DNA from: a bacterium
Lineage (GTDB): Archaea; Nanobdellota; Nanobdellia; Pacearchaeales; GW2011-AR1
Direction: 5' to 3'
DNA length: 64,000 nt
Assembly: GCA_036787775.1 (NCBI GenBank)
Contig: DAIQOR010000001.1
Span: 107,839-171,838 of the forward strand
In this document: positions 56,165 to 64,000 of the stretch, piece after piece
Position numbering within the stretch: position 1 is the first letter of the stretch
Layout of the letters: every line of letters begins with the position of its first letter
The notes under the pieces: model-generated
What the model saw: only the letters and a program-made list of their open reading frames with translations
Database searches by the model: none
Told to the model about the DNA's origin: nothing
Translations under genes and position numbers: made by a program

Positions 56165-56383
56165 TTATGATTGGTAAATTCGTGCAGTCACTTTTTTACC
56201 CTTGTTGGATATTTTATACATTGCCATCAAATATCTTGGCGTCCAAATCCTTATGCCTTCATTTGTTTTTACTCGCACTTGATATTTTCCTTCAGTTCCT
56301 AACACTTCATAAACTTTTTCCCGAGCTCCATCTATGAATATTTCTAATATTTTCTTTTCTAATTTTCCCGTAACTGGAGCCAT
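56165..56383 (-). CDS. 72-aa ORF in the tRNA-Ala/23S spacer of the rRNA operon
   Basis: MAPVTGKLEKKILEIFIDGAREKVYEVLGTEGKYQVRVKTNEGIRIWTPRYLMAMYKISNKGKKVTARIYQS. It has ordinary protein-like composition, is on the same strand as the rRNAs, and lies outside both processing stems. Confidence 0.5.
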   Translation of the reverse strand: MAPVTGKLEKKILEIFIDGAREKVYEVLGTEGKYQVRVKTNEGIRIWTPRYLMAMYKISNKGKKVTARIYQS

Positions 56384-56449
56384 CTTCTGTTTCTTCCATT
56401 TTGTTTATTTTGTAAATTTAATAACTAAGTCTCATCTAAGAAAAAATTA

Positions 56450-56520
56450 TGGACCCGCCGCGAATTGAACGCGGATCTCTTCGGTGCAAGCGAAGTATCG
56501 TACCGTTGAACCACGGGCCC
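56450..56520 (-). tRNA. tRNA-Ala (UGC) in the 16S-23S spacer
   Basis: Acceptor stem GGGCCCG/CGGGUCC with the G3:U70 identity pair; anticodon arm CUUCG-CUUGCAC-CGAAG; T arm CCGCG-UUCAAUU-CGCGG. The D stem is weak. Confidence 0.85.
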
Positions 56521-56626
56521 TCAAATTAAATTAACCCGTAATGGTTTATAATTTTTTCTAAACAAGATGAGTGTAGAAGCAATCTAATCATAAATTAAGC
56601 ACATTTTATTTTTTAAAAAATAATAT

Positions 56627-58072
56627 AGGAGGTGATCCATCTGCAGGTTCCCCTACAGATACCTTGTGACGACTTAACCTACCTTGTCTACCCAAGATTC
56701 TCCTTCGAAAAGTTTCATCCTAAATAAACTCGGTTGGTTTGACGGGCAGTGTGTGCAAGAGACAGTGACATATTCACCGTTCGTTGATAACAAACGATTA
56801 CTACGGATTCCAGTGTCACGAGGCTGAGTTACAAACCTCGATCTAGACTGAGATGGACTTTAAGAGATTAGCTTCTCCTTTCGGAGTCGCGTCCCGTTGT
56901 ATCCACCTTTGACGCGCGCGTGTTGCCCAGGGGATTCAGGCTGTACTCACCTAACGTAGCCCACACTTTCATCCTTGTTACCAAGGCAATCTCTATATTG
57001 AATTTAAATATAGATGTGGGTCTTGCCTGTTACCTGATTTAACAGGTCACCTCACGGCACAGGCTGACGTCGGCCATGCAACTCCTCTCAGCGTGTCAGG
57101 TAAGCCCTTCAGACTGACCTTCATTCTGCTGTCGCTCCTGGTGAGGTTCACGGTGTAGAATCTAATTGAACCGCACGCGTCACCCGTTGTAGTGTCTCCC
57201 CGCCAATTCCTTTAAGTTTCGGCCTTGCGACTATACTTCCCAGGTAGCACACTCTACGGCTTCCCTACAGCACCAATGCCTCTCGAAGAGGCACTAATGT
57301 TTAGTGTGCAGTGTTTACTGCTAGGACTACACGGGTATCTAATCCGTTTTGCGCCCCTAGCCTTCATCCCTTACTGTCAGAACTGTCCTCGTAAGATGCC
57401 TTCGCTATTGTTAGTCCATCTAAGATTAACACATTCAACCGCTACTTTAGATGTACTTCTTACGTCTTCCAATCTCTAGCTCCGCAGTACCCCTTGCCCG
57501 CTCTGTGCTTGAGACACAGAATTTCACAAGGGACTTACGAAGCAAGCTACGGATGTTTTAGACCCAATAAAAATGGCTGCGACTTGGACCGCGAGTATTA
57601 CCGCGGCGGCTGGCACTCGTCTTACCCAGTCCTTATTCGCCAAACTTTTTACATTTGGCAAAAGCATTCCAATTGGAACGCACTCTGGCTCAAACTATCA
57701 CGCTTGCGCGCATTGTAGATTATTCCTAACTGCTGCACCCCGTGGGGCTGGGAATAGTGTCTCAGATTCCCTCTCAGGGCCTCTCCGCTAAGAGCCCTTA
57801 CGGATCTTAGGCTTGGTGGGCAGTTACCCCGCCAACAACCTAATCCGCCGCAGCCCCATCCTTAGGCTCGAGTTTCAGAGATAAATCATTCCAGGGTATA
57901 TCTCTTATCAGGTATTAACGTCAGTTTCCCGACGGTATCCCTGACCTAAGGGTAGGTTAGCTACGTGTTACTGAGCAGTTTGCCTTTCACTAATTCAAAG
58001 AATCAACAAAAAGACTTGCATGTCTAATCGCAAACCAGAGAGCCGCAGCCGCCAGCAGGATCAACTGGAATT
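56627..58072 (-). rRNA. 16S rRNA (~1.45 kb, no insertion)
   Basis: The minus-strand 5' end is AAUUCCAGUUGAUCCUGCUGGCGG and the 3' end is GGAUCACCUCCU. The universal GUGCCAGCCGCCGCGGUAAUAC lies at about 57596..57617. Flanks at 56567..56585 and 58213..58232 pair as a processing stem. Confidence 0.92.
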
Positions 58073-58310
58073 AAACAATTTCATAAATTTATCGTCGTTA
58101 AAACAAAAAATTTCCATTGCGCAATTTGTATATATAAGATAACAAATCACTTCACACAAATCCTATCTATTGGCTGTTTCCATTAAATATTATGGTTAGA
58201 ACTTACAACTATGACTGCTTCTACTACATCATACCCTAACATTTATTATGTTACTATAATGTTTTTTCATTAAGGCACTCATCTTAGTTATTAACTTTGA
58301 GAAAATTAGG

Positions 58311-58318
58311 TATTTAAA
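58311..58318 (-). promoter_or_regulatory. Candidate rRNA operon TATA box
   Basis: Minus strand reads CGAAAGA-TTTAAATA (BRE-like followed by TATA), about 80 nt upstream of the 16S processing stem and downstream of the stop of 58355..58819. Confidence 0.4.
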
Positions 58319-58354
58319 TCTTTCGTCATAAAAAAATAAATTTGTCGAGGGAAA

Positions 58355-58819
58355 TTAAATTATTAAAACATAAGGAGATTCTTTTTGCAGTTCAGAAATA
58401 TCTTTGAAAAGTTTTCTATATTCCAATTCCAATAAAATTTTTCCCAATTTCCCGATGGTTTCTTCACAAGGTTCCACCAAATAAAATTTTCCACCAACTA
58501 ATTTTTTTTCAATATTGAGAGCTTCCCAATCTCCCTCAATTAATCCAGATTTTCGGTTTCTTTTTCCTTCATATTTTATTGGACCCCTAAATAAATCTCC
58601 ATTAGGAGAGTCATACTCTTTAATAAAAAATATTTTTTCACTCCCTACACCAGATAATTCAGTCGCCTTCGCTGTAAGTATTCCTCCTTTAGATCTTTCG
58701 AAAATTTTTCCAGTTCCATCTTCGTTTTTAGTAATCATACAAAATAAACGAAAATTAGTTTCCGATTTCCATAATCCAACATAATCTGGACAAAAATTAT
58801 TCATAACTTTTCTAACCAA
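58355..58819 (-). CDS. Hypothetical protein
   Basis: 154-aa ORF with no family recognised. Confidence 0.55.
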   Translation of the reverse strand: MVRKVMNNFCPDYVGLWKSETNFRLFCMITKNEDGTGKIFERSKGGILTAKATELSGVGSEKIFFIKEYDSPNGDLFRGPIKYEGKRNRKSGLIEGDWEALNIEKKLVGGKFYLVEPCEETIGKLGKILLELEYRKLFKDISELQKESPYVLII

Positions 58820-58850
58820 TCACGCTTTTTAATAATTTATGTAATAAAAT

Positions 58851-59156
58851 TCAATTCAAACTTTCATCAATATTTTCATATTCAAAATTATTAATTTGAT
58901 ATGTCGTCTCTTTTTTAAAAACATATTCTAACATTCCTCTCTCGGTAAATCTCTCCAAAAGATTATATGATTCTCGAGTTAATTTTCTATCACGAAAAAG
59001 TATAATGTATCTGTCCAACTGTTCAGCCATCAAGCAATCGCTCGGAATTTTCAATCGAATGTCTAAAACTTTTTTCATAACTTTGTCCGTTAGTAGACAT
59101 TTCATAATCAATCGATAAATGAAAGATTTATATTTATTGTTATGATCTATTTTCAT
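58851..59156 (-). CDS. Hypothetical protein
   Basis: 101-aa ORF with no family recognised. Confidence 0.5.
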   Translation of the reverse strand: MKIDHNNKYKSFIYRLIMKCLLTDKVMKKVLDIRLKIPSDCLMAEQLDRYIILFRDRKLTRESYNLLERFTERGMLEYVFKKETTYQINNFEYENIDESLN

Positions 59157-59520
59157 GCCGATTTTCGTAATTCACGAGCACGACGCAACAAATCTTCATT
59201 GGGATTTAAGATTAGAAATGGGAGGAGTCCTGAAATCTTGGGCAGTTCCGAAACAACCACCGAGGACAAAAGGTATTCGCCGTCTCGCAATTCAAGTTCC
59301 AGATCATCTCCGAAGCTACGCGGATTTCGAGGGAGAAATAAAAGAAGGTTACGGAAAAGGAAAAGTAAAAATTTGGGACAAAGGCAAATACAAATTAATT
59401 GAAAAGACAGACAACAAAATCGAATTCGAATTAGATGGAATAAAATTAAAAGGAAAATATGTTTTGATTCACGCCAAACTCGGAGGCGATGAAAAAAATT
59501 GGTTGTTTTTTAAATTATAA
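59155..59520 (+). CDS. Stand-alone LigD-type 3'-phosphoesterase domain protein
   Basis: FVIHEHDATNLHWDLRLEMGGVLKSWAVPK.PP......RLAIQVPDHLRSYADFEGEI..GYGKGKVKIWDKG matches the LigD PE domain. Confidence 0.8.
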   Translation: MPIFVIHEHDATNLHWDLRLEMGGVLKSWAVPKQPPRTKGIRRLAIQVPDHLRSYADFEGEIKEGYGKGKVKIWDKGKYKLIEKTDNKIEFELDGIKLKGKYVLIHAKLGGDEKNWLFFKL

Positions 59521-59549
59521 AATTATTTTAGAATTAATTTGCAGTTTCC

Positions 59550-60488
59550 CTAAACACCAAACTTCGCACCAGCTCGTGCAACAATTCTCAACTTTCTTTT
59601 CTTAGCTTGTTTAACTTCGTCAGTTTCTTCAATCCACCAATCTAAATCTGGAACTTTTGTAGTATCCATGTCTTTAACTTTCATGTATCCTCTCGCCAGC
59701 AAATAGAAAATAACGCCCAAGCTTTTAGCACTTTTATTATTTCCAATTATAATTTGGTCCGCGCCTTTAGCAAAATTATTAGTATCGCAAATCATCAAAA
59801 CTTTTTTACCGACGTCCAAAGTATCTTTCAAAGCGTTCTTATCCAACCAAGCGTCAGACACAATTGTCAATTCAGTCTCGAAGAAATCCGCAAGTTGTGT
59901 GTTAGTCAAAACTCCTGCAGGATATTTTTTTGTAAAAACTCTAATTCCTGTCAACTGCGAAAATTTCTCTGCAGCCTTCCAACCAGCCTGTCTTTTACAA
60001 CAAAGAATAACATCTTTAGCGTCGAACTTACTCAAATAATCAATACCCTCTTTTAATTTCTCGTCGATAATGTCCGTATTAAAAATCGCAATCCCGTCCG
60101 CCCTTCTTCGGTAAACATATTTCTTCATCGACGGAGTAACAACCCGAGTCCCAAGATAAATTCCAACCTTAACATATTCTTCCAAAGGAATCAACATATC
60201 AGCTCGCTTCTTCGCCTTAACCAAATCCTTCAAATCCTCAGTCGCTGTCTCGTCAATCTTTCCCTTCAACTTTTTAACTTTCTCCATCAAAGCCTTTTTC
60301 TTTTCTTCCAAAGATTTTTCTTCAGTTGTAGATTCAAGTTCAGCGTCCTTTTCCAAATTCTTTTTAGAAACCTTTTTCTTAGAAACTTTCTTTTCCACAG
60401 CATCTTCAATGTCTTCAATTATTTCCTCAACTGCTTCCAATCCTTCCTCAACATTATCTTCAATTTCCTCAATAATATCTTCAACCAT
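59550..60488 (-). CDS. rps2: Ribosomal protein uS2 with a ~95-aa acidic/Lys-rich N-terminal extension
   Basis: The core LIPLEEYVKVGIYLGTRVVTPSMKKYVYRRRADGIAIFN...ILCCKRQAGWKAAEKFSQLTGIRVFTKKYPAGVLTN is uS2. The N-terminus is low-complexity E/I/K. Confidence 0.85.
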   Translation of the reverse strand: MVEDIIEEIEDNVEEGLEAVEEIIEDIEDAVEKKVSKKKVSKKNLEKDAELESTTEEKSLEEKKKALMEKVKKLKGKIDETATEDLKDLVKAKKRADMLIPLEEYVKVGIYLGTRVVTPSMKKYVYRRRADGIAIFNTDIIDEKLKEGIDYLSKFDAKDVILCCKRQAGWKAAEKFSQLTGIRVFTKKYPAGVLTNTQLADFFETELTIVSDAWLDKNALKDTLDVGKKVLMICDTNNFAKGADQIIIGNNKSAKSLGVIFYLLARGYMKVKDMDTTKVPDLDWWIEETDEVKQAKKRKLRIVARAGAKFGV

Positions 60489-60589
60489 AAGAAATCACGG
60501 GGATTTTGGTTTATAAAATTATCTGAATGGGAAATTAATATATCTTCAATAATAATAATCTTTTTAATCTGATTAATTCTAATTAATAA

Positions 60590-60904
60590 ATGGGAAAAAA
60601 GGATGCTTTGAATAAAGTTGTAAGTATTTTAATTAAAAGGTATGAAGAATGTAATGAGGGAGGGCATAAAAAACTAAATGAAGAGGAAAATATTTGTGAT
60701 TATTGTTATAGACGATTAGAATATGAAACTCCTCGTACGGATGAGAAATTACGAGAACAGGGAGAATTACCTCCGATTTTCCAACCAGTAAATGCTGTCC
60801 AATTAGATGATGAACGTGAAGAAGAAAGTGGATACCAAAAAGTTAAAGATTTTTTTGCGGGCTTATCTAAATTAGAAAAAGAATTATCTCAACCTCAAAA
60901 ATAA
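60590..60904 (+). CDS. Hypothetical protein
   Basis: 104-aa charged ORF with a CDYC pair. Confidence 0.5.
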   Translation: MGKKDALNKVVSILIKRYEECNEGGHKKLNEEENICDYCYRRLEYETPRTDEKLREQGELPPIFQPVNAVQLDDEREEESGYQKVKDFFAGLSKLEKELSQPQK

Positions 60905-61095
60905 ATTGCTCGCTCAAAATCGCGAGTTATAAAATAATTATTTAAATCTATAATTACAAACGACTTAGAATTTTTTTGTTAATTAAATTTCCCTCGAAGC
61001 ATCCAAACGAAGTAGGATGCGGAGTTATTAATGTCGCCGTGAGACGAGATTTATATAACAATAAAATTTAAAAAGCAGAATTATTCAAAACAAAC

Positions 61096-61386
61096 ATGGC
61101 AGATAAATATTATCTATTTGTATTGACTACTGATACACCCGAATGCACAAAGAGTTTTTTCGTAACTAAACAAAATGAAGGAGAATCTCCTGCAGTGTTT
61201 TATAATAATTCAGGAAACTATGTAGATATTTATGAATTACCTCCAGAAATTGTTAATCAATTTTTGGAACTCTCTGAAATGGAGAAAATGAAAGAAAACT
61301 CAAAAGAATCAATAAGAAAATCTTTAGTCTCCCTCCTAAAACCCTTTTACACAAATGAAGAACAAATAGATTTGGAGATGGATTAA
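61096..61386 (+). CDS. Hypothetical protein
   Basis: 96-aa ORF. Confidence 0.5.
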   Translation: MADKYYLFVLTTDTPECTKSFFVTKQNEGESPAVFYNNSGNYVDIYELPPEIVNQFLELSEMEKMKENSKESIRKSLVSLLKPFYTNEEQIDLEMD

Positions 61387-62558
61387 TTCTTCAAACCCCT
61401 CTCAATCTCAATCAATCTCAAAATTTTCCCTTCCCGAACATCTCCTTCAATTCCGCACTTAAAAAAATCAGCTCCAAAACCAAAAGCCAAATCCGCCAAA
61501 ATAGTTTCATCAGTCTCGCCACTCCGATGAGAAAACGCCAATTTAATATTATTCTCCTTCGCTAATTTACAAACTCTCTTGACCTCCAAAAGCGACCCAC
61601 ACTGATTCGGCTTAACAATTATTGCATTAACACTCTTTTTTTCAACTGCTTTTTTCAATCGCTTATAATTAGTAACAATTAAATCATCTCCTACAATCAA
61701 ACTATCTGGAAACTTCGCCAACAGCTTCGCAAAGCTTTCAAAATCCTCTTCTTCAAACGGGTCTTCATTAAAATAAATATTAAAGTTCTTAATTAAATTT
61801 GTCAAATAACCCATTTGCTCCTCGGGAGTTCGCTTCAACATCGGATTTTGATAAAGATATTTTTTTCGTTTGTAAAAACCTGAAGCAGCAATATCAACCC
61901 CCAAATCCAAACCCGTTTCTTTCAAAACCTCCAAAACTTCTTTTTCGTTAAGCGAAGTCATCCATGCACTCTCATCCGTCCTCTTTCCAGTAAATTTAGC
62001 ATCCTTTTTTTCCAATAATTTCTCAACCTGTTTTTTCGCATTCTTATTTTTTTCATAAGATTTCTCAACAGATTTCAAATTTGGAATTAAAATAAATTCT
62101 TGAAAATCGGGTTTTCTATCAGTAGTAGAATGCTTTCCCCCGCCAACACAATTCCCCAAAAGTCGAGGCATGTTTTTCGCGTCCGGATTAATTAATTGCC
62201 AAACTTCTTTTTTCTTTTCCTTCGCCATCGCTTTCAAAACCGCACCCTCAAAAGCAAATAAGGTATTTGCACCGACGCTGTCGGCAATAATATCTTCAAC
62301 TCTTCGCAAGTCATCAAAACTATCAAGATGCTCTTCAGAAAAATAATCCGAATGTCCCTTCAACGCCTTTATGTCCCCATCCAAATTCTTTTTGTAACAT
62401 TTCTTTTCATATTTCCCAGTAGATTTCCCCGTAGGAGACGACGCAGAAAAAGTCCCAACATCAGTTTTTATCGTAACAAGAATCGTCTTATCTTTTCGAG
62501 AATCCAAAATAGACTTTCCACTCACCCCTTTAATCATAACCATAAAACAAGAAAACAC
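61383..62558 (-). CDS. eno: Enolase (short form; likely start at Met8)
   Basis: SILDSRKDKTILV...; FSHRSGETDETILADLAFGFGADFFKCG is the enolase C-terminal signature. Confidence 0.85.
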   Translation of the reverse strand: MFSCFMVMIKGVSGKSILDSRKDKTILVTIKTDVGTFSASSPTGKSTGKYEKKCYKKNLDGDIKALKGHSDYFSEEHLDSFDDLRRVEDIIADSVGANTLFAFEGAVLKAMAKEKKKEVWQLINPDAKNMPRLLGNCVGGGKHSTTDRKPDFQEFILIPNLKSVEKSYEKNKNAKKQVEKLLEKKDAKFTGKRTDESAWMTSLNEKEVLEVLKETGLDLGVDIAASGFYKRKKYLYQNPMLKRTPEEQMGYLTNLIKNFNIYFNEDPFEEEDFESFAKLLAKFPDSLIVGDDLIVTNYKRLKKAVEKKSVNAIIVKPNQCGSLLEVKRVCKLAKENNIKLAFSHRSGETDETILADLAFGFGADFFKCGIEGDVREGKILRLIEIERGLKN

Positions 62559-62632
62559 AAGCCCTTTAAATAATTAATTATTCCAAAAACTCCAACAAAA
62601 CATTTATATATCATTGTGCATATGACATACAC

Positions 62633-62896
62633 ATGGAATCACAAAAAATATCTGCCAGAGTCGAACTAGATGATTATTCAAATAAAATTCTCTCGATGGT
62701 AAAAGCAAAATACGGACTTAAAGATAAATCTCAAGCAATAAATAAATTTGTTATGATTTATGGAGACGAGATTCTTGAAAGAGAAGCAAGCGAAGAATAT
62801 GCAAAAAAAATAATTGAAATTACAAATCAACATTTCAAGAAATACGGCAATAAAAAAATGAGTTTGCAGGAATTAAATAACCTCTGTGAAATGTAA
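62633..62896 (+). CDS. Putative antitoxin of the RelE-type pair
   Basis: 87-aa ORF ending 1 nt before the toxin ATG. ARVELDDYSNKILSMVKAKYGLKDKSQAINKF looks RHH/DUF2683-like. Confidence 0.55.
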   Translation: MESQKISARVELDDYSNKILSMVKAKYGLKDKSQAINKFVMIYGDEILEREASEEYAKKIIEITNQHFKKYGNKKMSLQELNNLCEM

Positions 62897-63169
62897 ATGT
62901 TTGACTTCAATCTTTCTGACGAGTTAAAAATTATTATAAAAAAACTTGCAAAAAAGGACAGAAAGAGAGTAGAAATAATTAATAAAAAAATAAAACAAAT
63001 TATCTCTTGTGACGAGGAAACAATAAATCATTATAAGAATTTAAGAAAAGATATGAAAGAATTAAAAAGAGTTCATATTGACAGAAGTTTTGTTTTGACA
63101 TTCAAAGTTGATTTAAAAAATAATTTTATTCTCTTCGCAGATTTTGGGCATCATGATGATGTATATTGA
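62897..63169 (+). CDS. relE: RelE/StbE-family toxin
   Basis: ..KKLAKKDRKRVEIINKKIKQI...HYKNLRKDMKELKRVHIDRSFVLTFKVD..NNFILFADFGHHDDVY follows the RelE/StbE pattern. Confidence 0.75.
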   Translation: MFDFNLSDELKIIIKKLAKKDRKRVEIINKKIKQIISCDEETINHYKNLRKDMKELKRVHIDRSFVLTFKVDLKNNFILFADFGHHDDVY

Positions 63170-63239
63170 AATTCTTGTAACTTCTTGAAAGAAGTTACAC
63201 AATAGAAAAGTTTTTAAAGGAGATATTTCTAAAGAAAGC

Positions 63240-63935
63240 ATGGCACCAATTATAGAAGTAAGTGAAAAAGTTTTGAAAGGTTTAGATGATTTAGGGATAG
63301 AGTATTCAATCCCTCAAACAAAACCTCAACCTCAAGAACCTTCAAGCGATTTTATTTATGTTCCTTCAATAAAACTTTATGTTGCTAAGGAAAGAAGCCA
63401 TCTCGGAAAAAATTGGTTTGAATCTCATGAAGCACTTCAAGAAAACGGAGAGGAGATGTTATCTCTTTCAGAGTTTAGGAAATTTCTAAAATATTTAGTA
63501 GAAAATCCAACTCAAGAAAATGCTCAAATTTATAAAGAGATTACAGAAATAAGAAATCCTTGGAGGGGAGAATGGCTTGATGCGGATTTTAAAATGAAAG
63601 ATGGAGCTTTACATTTAAATGCAAAACATAAATTGGAAAATGGAGTTCTAAAACCAAAATATTCAAGACCTTTAACAAAAAATACTTTGATGGAAGATAG
63701 AAGAATCTCTTTAGCAGATTATGTTCAAAGCGTAGGAGAAAGAGGAAGCACGGCACAAGGACTTCCTTCAAAAGATATTCAAGAAGGAGATTTATATTCT
63801 TATTTTCCTCGAAGCGATAATAATTCAGTCGCGGGGTTCAATGCGGGTTCGGGGAGGCGTTACCTGTATTGCGACAGGGGCCCTTCGTGTCGGTATTCCG
63901 ACATCGGGGTACGAGTTGCGAAGCAACGAGAGTAA
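63240..63935 (+). CDS. Hypothetical protein
   Basis: 231-aa ORF. The Gly/Arg/Cys-containing C-terminus is GC-richer than its surroundings. No family was assigned. Confidence 0.55.
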   Translation: MAPIIEVSEKVLKGLDDLGIEYSIPQTKPQPQEPSSDFIYVPSIKLYVAKERSHLGKNWFESHEALQENGEEMLSLSEFRKFLKYLVENPTQENAQIYKEITEIRNPWRGEWLDADFKMKDGALHLNAKHKLENGVLKPKYSRPLTKNTLMEDRRISLADYVQSVGERGSTAQGLPSKDIQEGDLYSYFPRSDNNSVAGFNAGSGRRYLYCDRGPSCRYSDIGVRVAKQRE

Positions 63936-64000
63936 GGTTTTGCTCGCGAAGTCGAGTTGCTCAAACGAGTTCGCGAAAATTTTTTAAATGCTTTTTAATT

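Noticed and set aside
57225-57791. Track ORFs 57225..57479, 57494..57718 and 57573..57791.
   Set aside because: They are inside the 16S rRNA on the opposite strand.
60990-61050. Hairpin gcatcc-aaacgaagta-ggatgc in the 60905..61095 spacer, considered as a small RNA (C/D box).
   Set aside because: There are no C (RUGAUGA) or D (CUGA) boxes and no second structural element. A single stem is insufficient evidence.
63830-63935. GC-rich stretch with a GGGGUUCAAU-like sequence, considered as a hidden tRNA.
   Set aside because: No acceptor, anticodon or T arm can be folded on either strand. The stretch is in frame as the C-terminus of ORF 63240..63935.
1-64000. Search by eye for CRISPR arrays, 5S rRNA, SRP RNA, transposases and integrases.
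   Set aside because: I saw no regularly spaced direct repeats, no 5S- or SRP-like GC-rich segments outside the annotated RNAs, and no recognisable transposase or integrase ORF. Absence cannot be proven without tools.

Overview
AT-rich archaeal chromosome segment with tightly packed, mostly short genes. The gene set looks DPANN-like (Woese-/Pace-/Nanoarchaeota type): fused PriS-PriL primase, form III RuBisCO, reduced rRNAs and many giant surface proteins. This taxonomic call is an inference from gene content only. No searches or computations were run, and RNA ends are approximate to about 10-20 nt.

Layout:
- 1-13.9 kb (minus strand): an accessory array of paralogous cassettes. Each has a ~255-aa protein with a class III (type IV pilin-like) K/R-G-Q signal peptide, followed by a giant cysteine-rich envelope protein. 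The last unit is interrupted by a toxin-antitoxin island (MazF-like pair plus MNT/HEPN pair) and a decayed gene stub.
- 13.9-16.3 kb: PCNA and the fused primase, transcribed divergently.
- 16.3-22.2 kb: secreted, C-terminally anchored Cys-motif surface proteins, a ComEA-like protein and an Hjc-like nuclease.
- 22.4-41.8 kb: housekeeping genes. These are class II LysRS, RNase HI, nitroreductase, acylphosphatase, TrmY, Cbf5, an AlkD-like protein, MazG, L31e/L39e/S19e, YhbY, an NFACT-R protein, NUDIX, a 1194-aa Ig-repeat adhesin, RecJ/GAN, RuBisCO and CysRS.
- 41.8-42.5 kb: tRNA-Phe and RNase P RNA, with a duplicated RNase P 3' end.
- 43.2-52.3 kb: a second NTase/HEPN pair, a P-type ATPase with a CaCA exchanger, TspO and small membrane or secreted proteins.
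- 52.4-58.1 kb (minus strand): rRNA operon 16S - tRNA-Ala - 72-aa ORF - 23S. The 23S carries a ~770-nt intron encoding a LAGLIDADG endonuclease.
- 58.3-64 kb: stand-alone LigD phosphoesterase domain, ribosomal protein S2, enolase, a RelE-type TA pair and hypothetical proteins.

No CRISPR array and no 5S rRNA were recognised. The best candidate for an undescribed system is the pilin-like plus giant Cys-rich cassette array at 1-13.9 kb.
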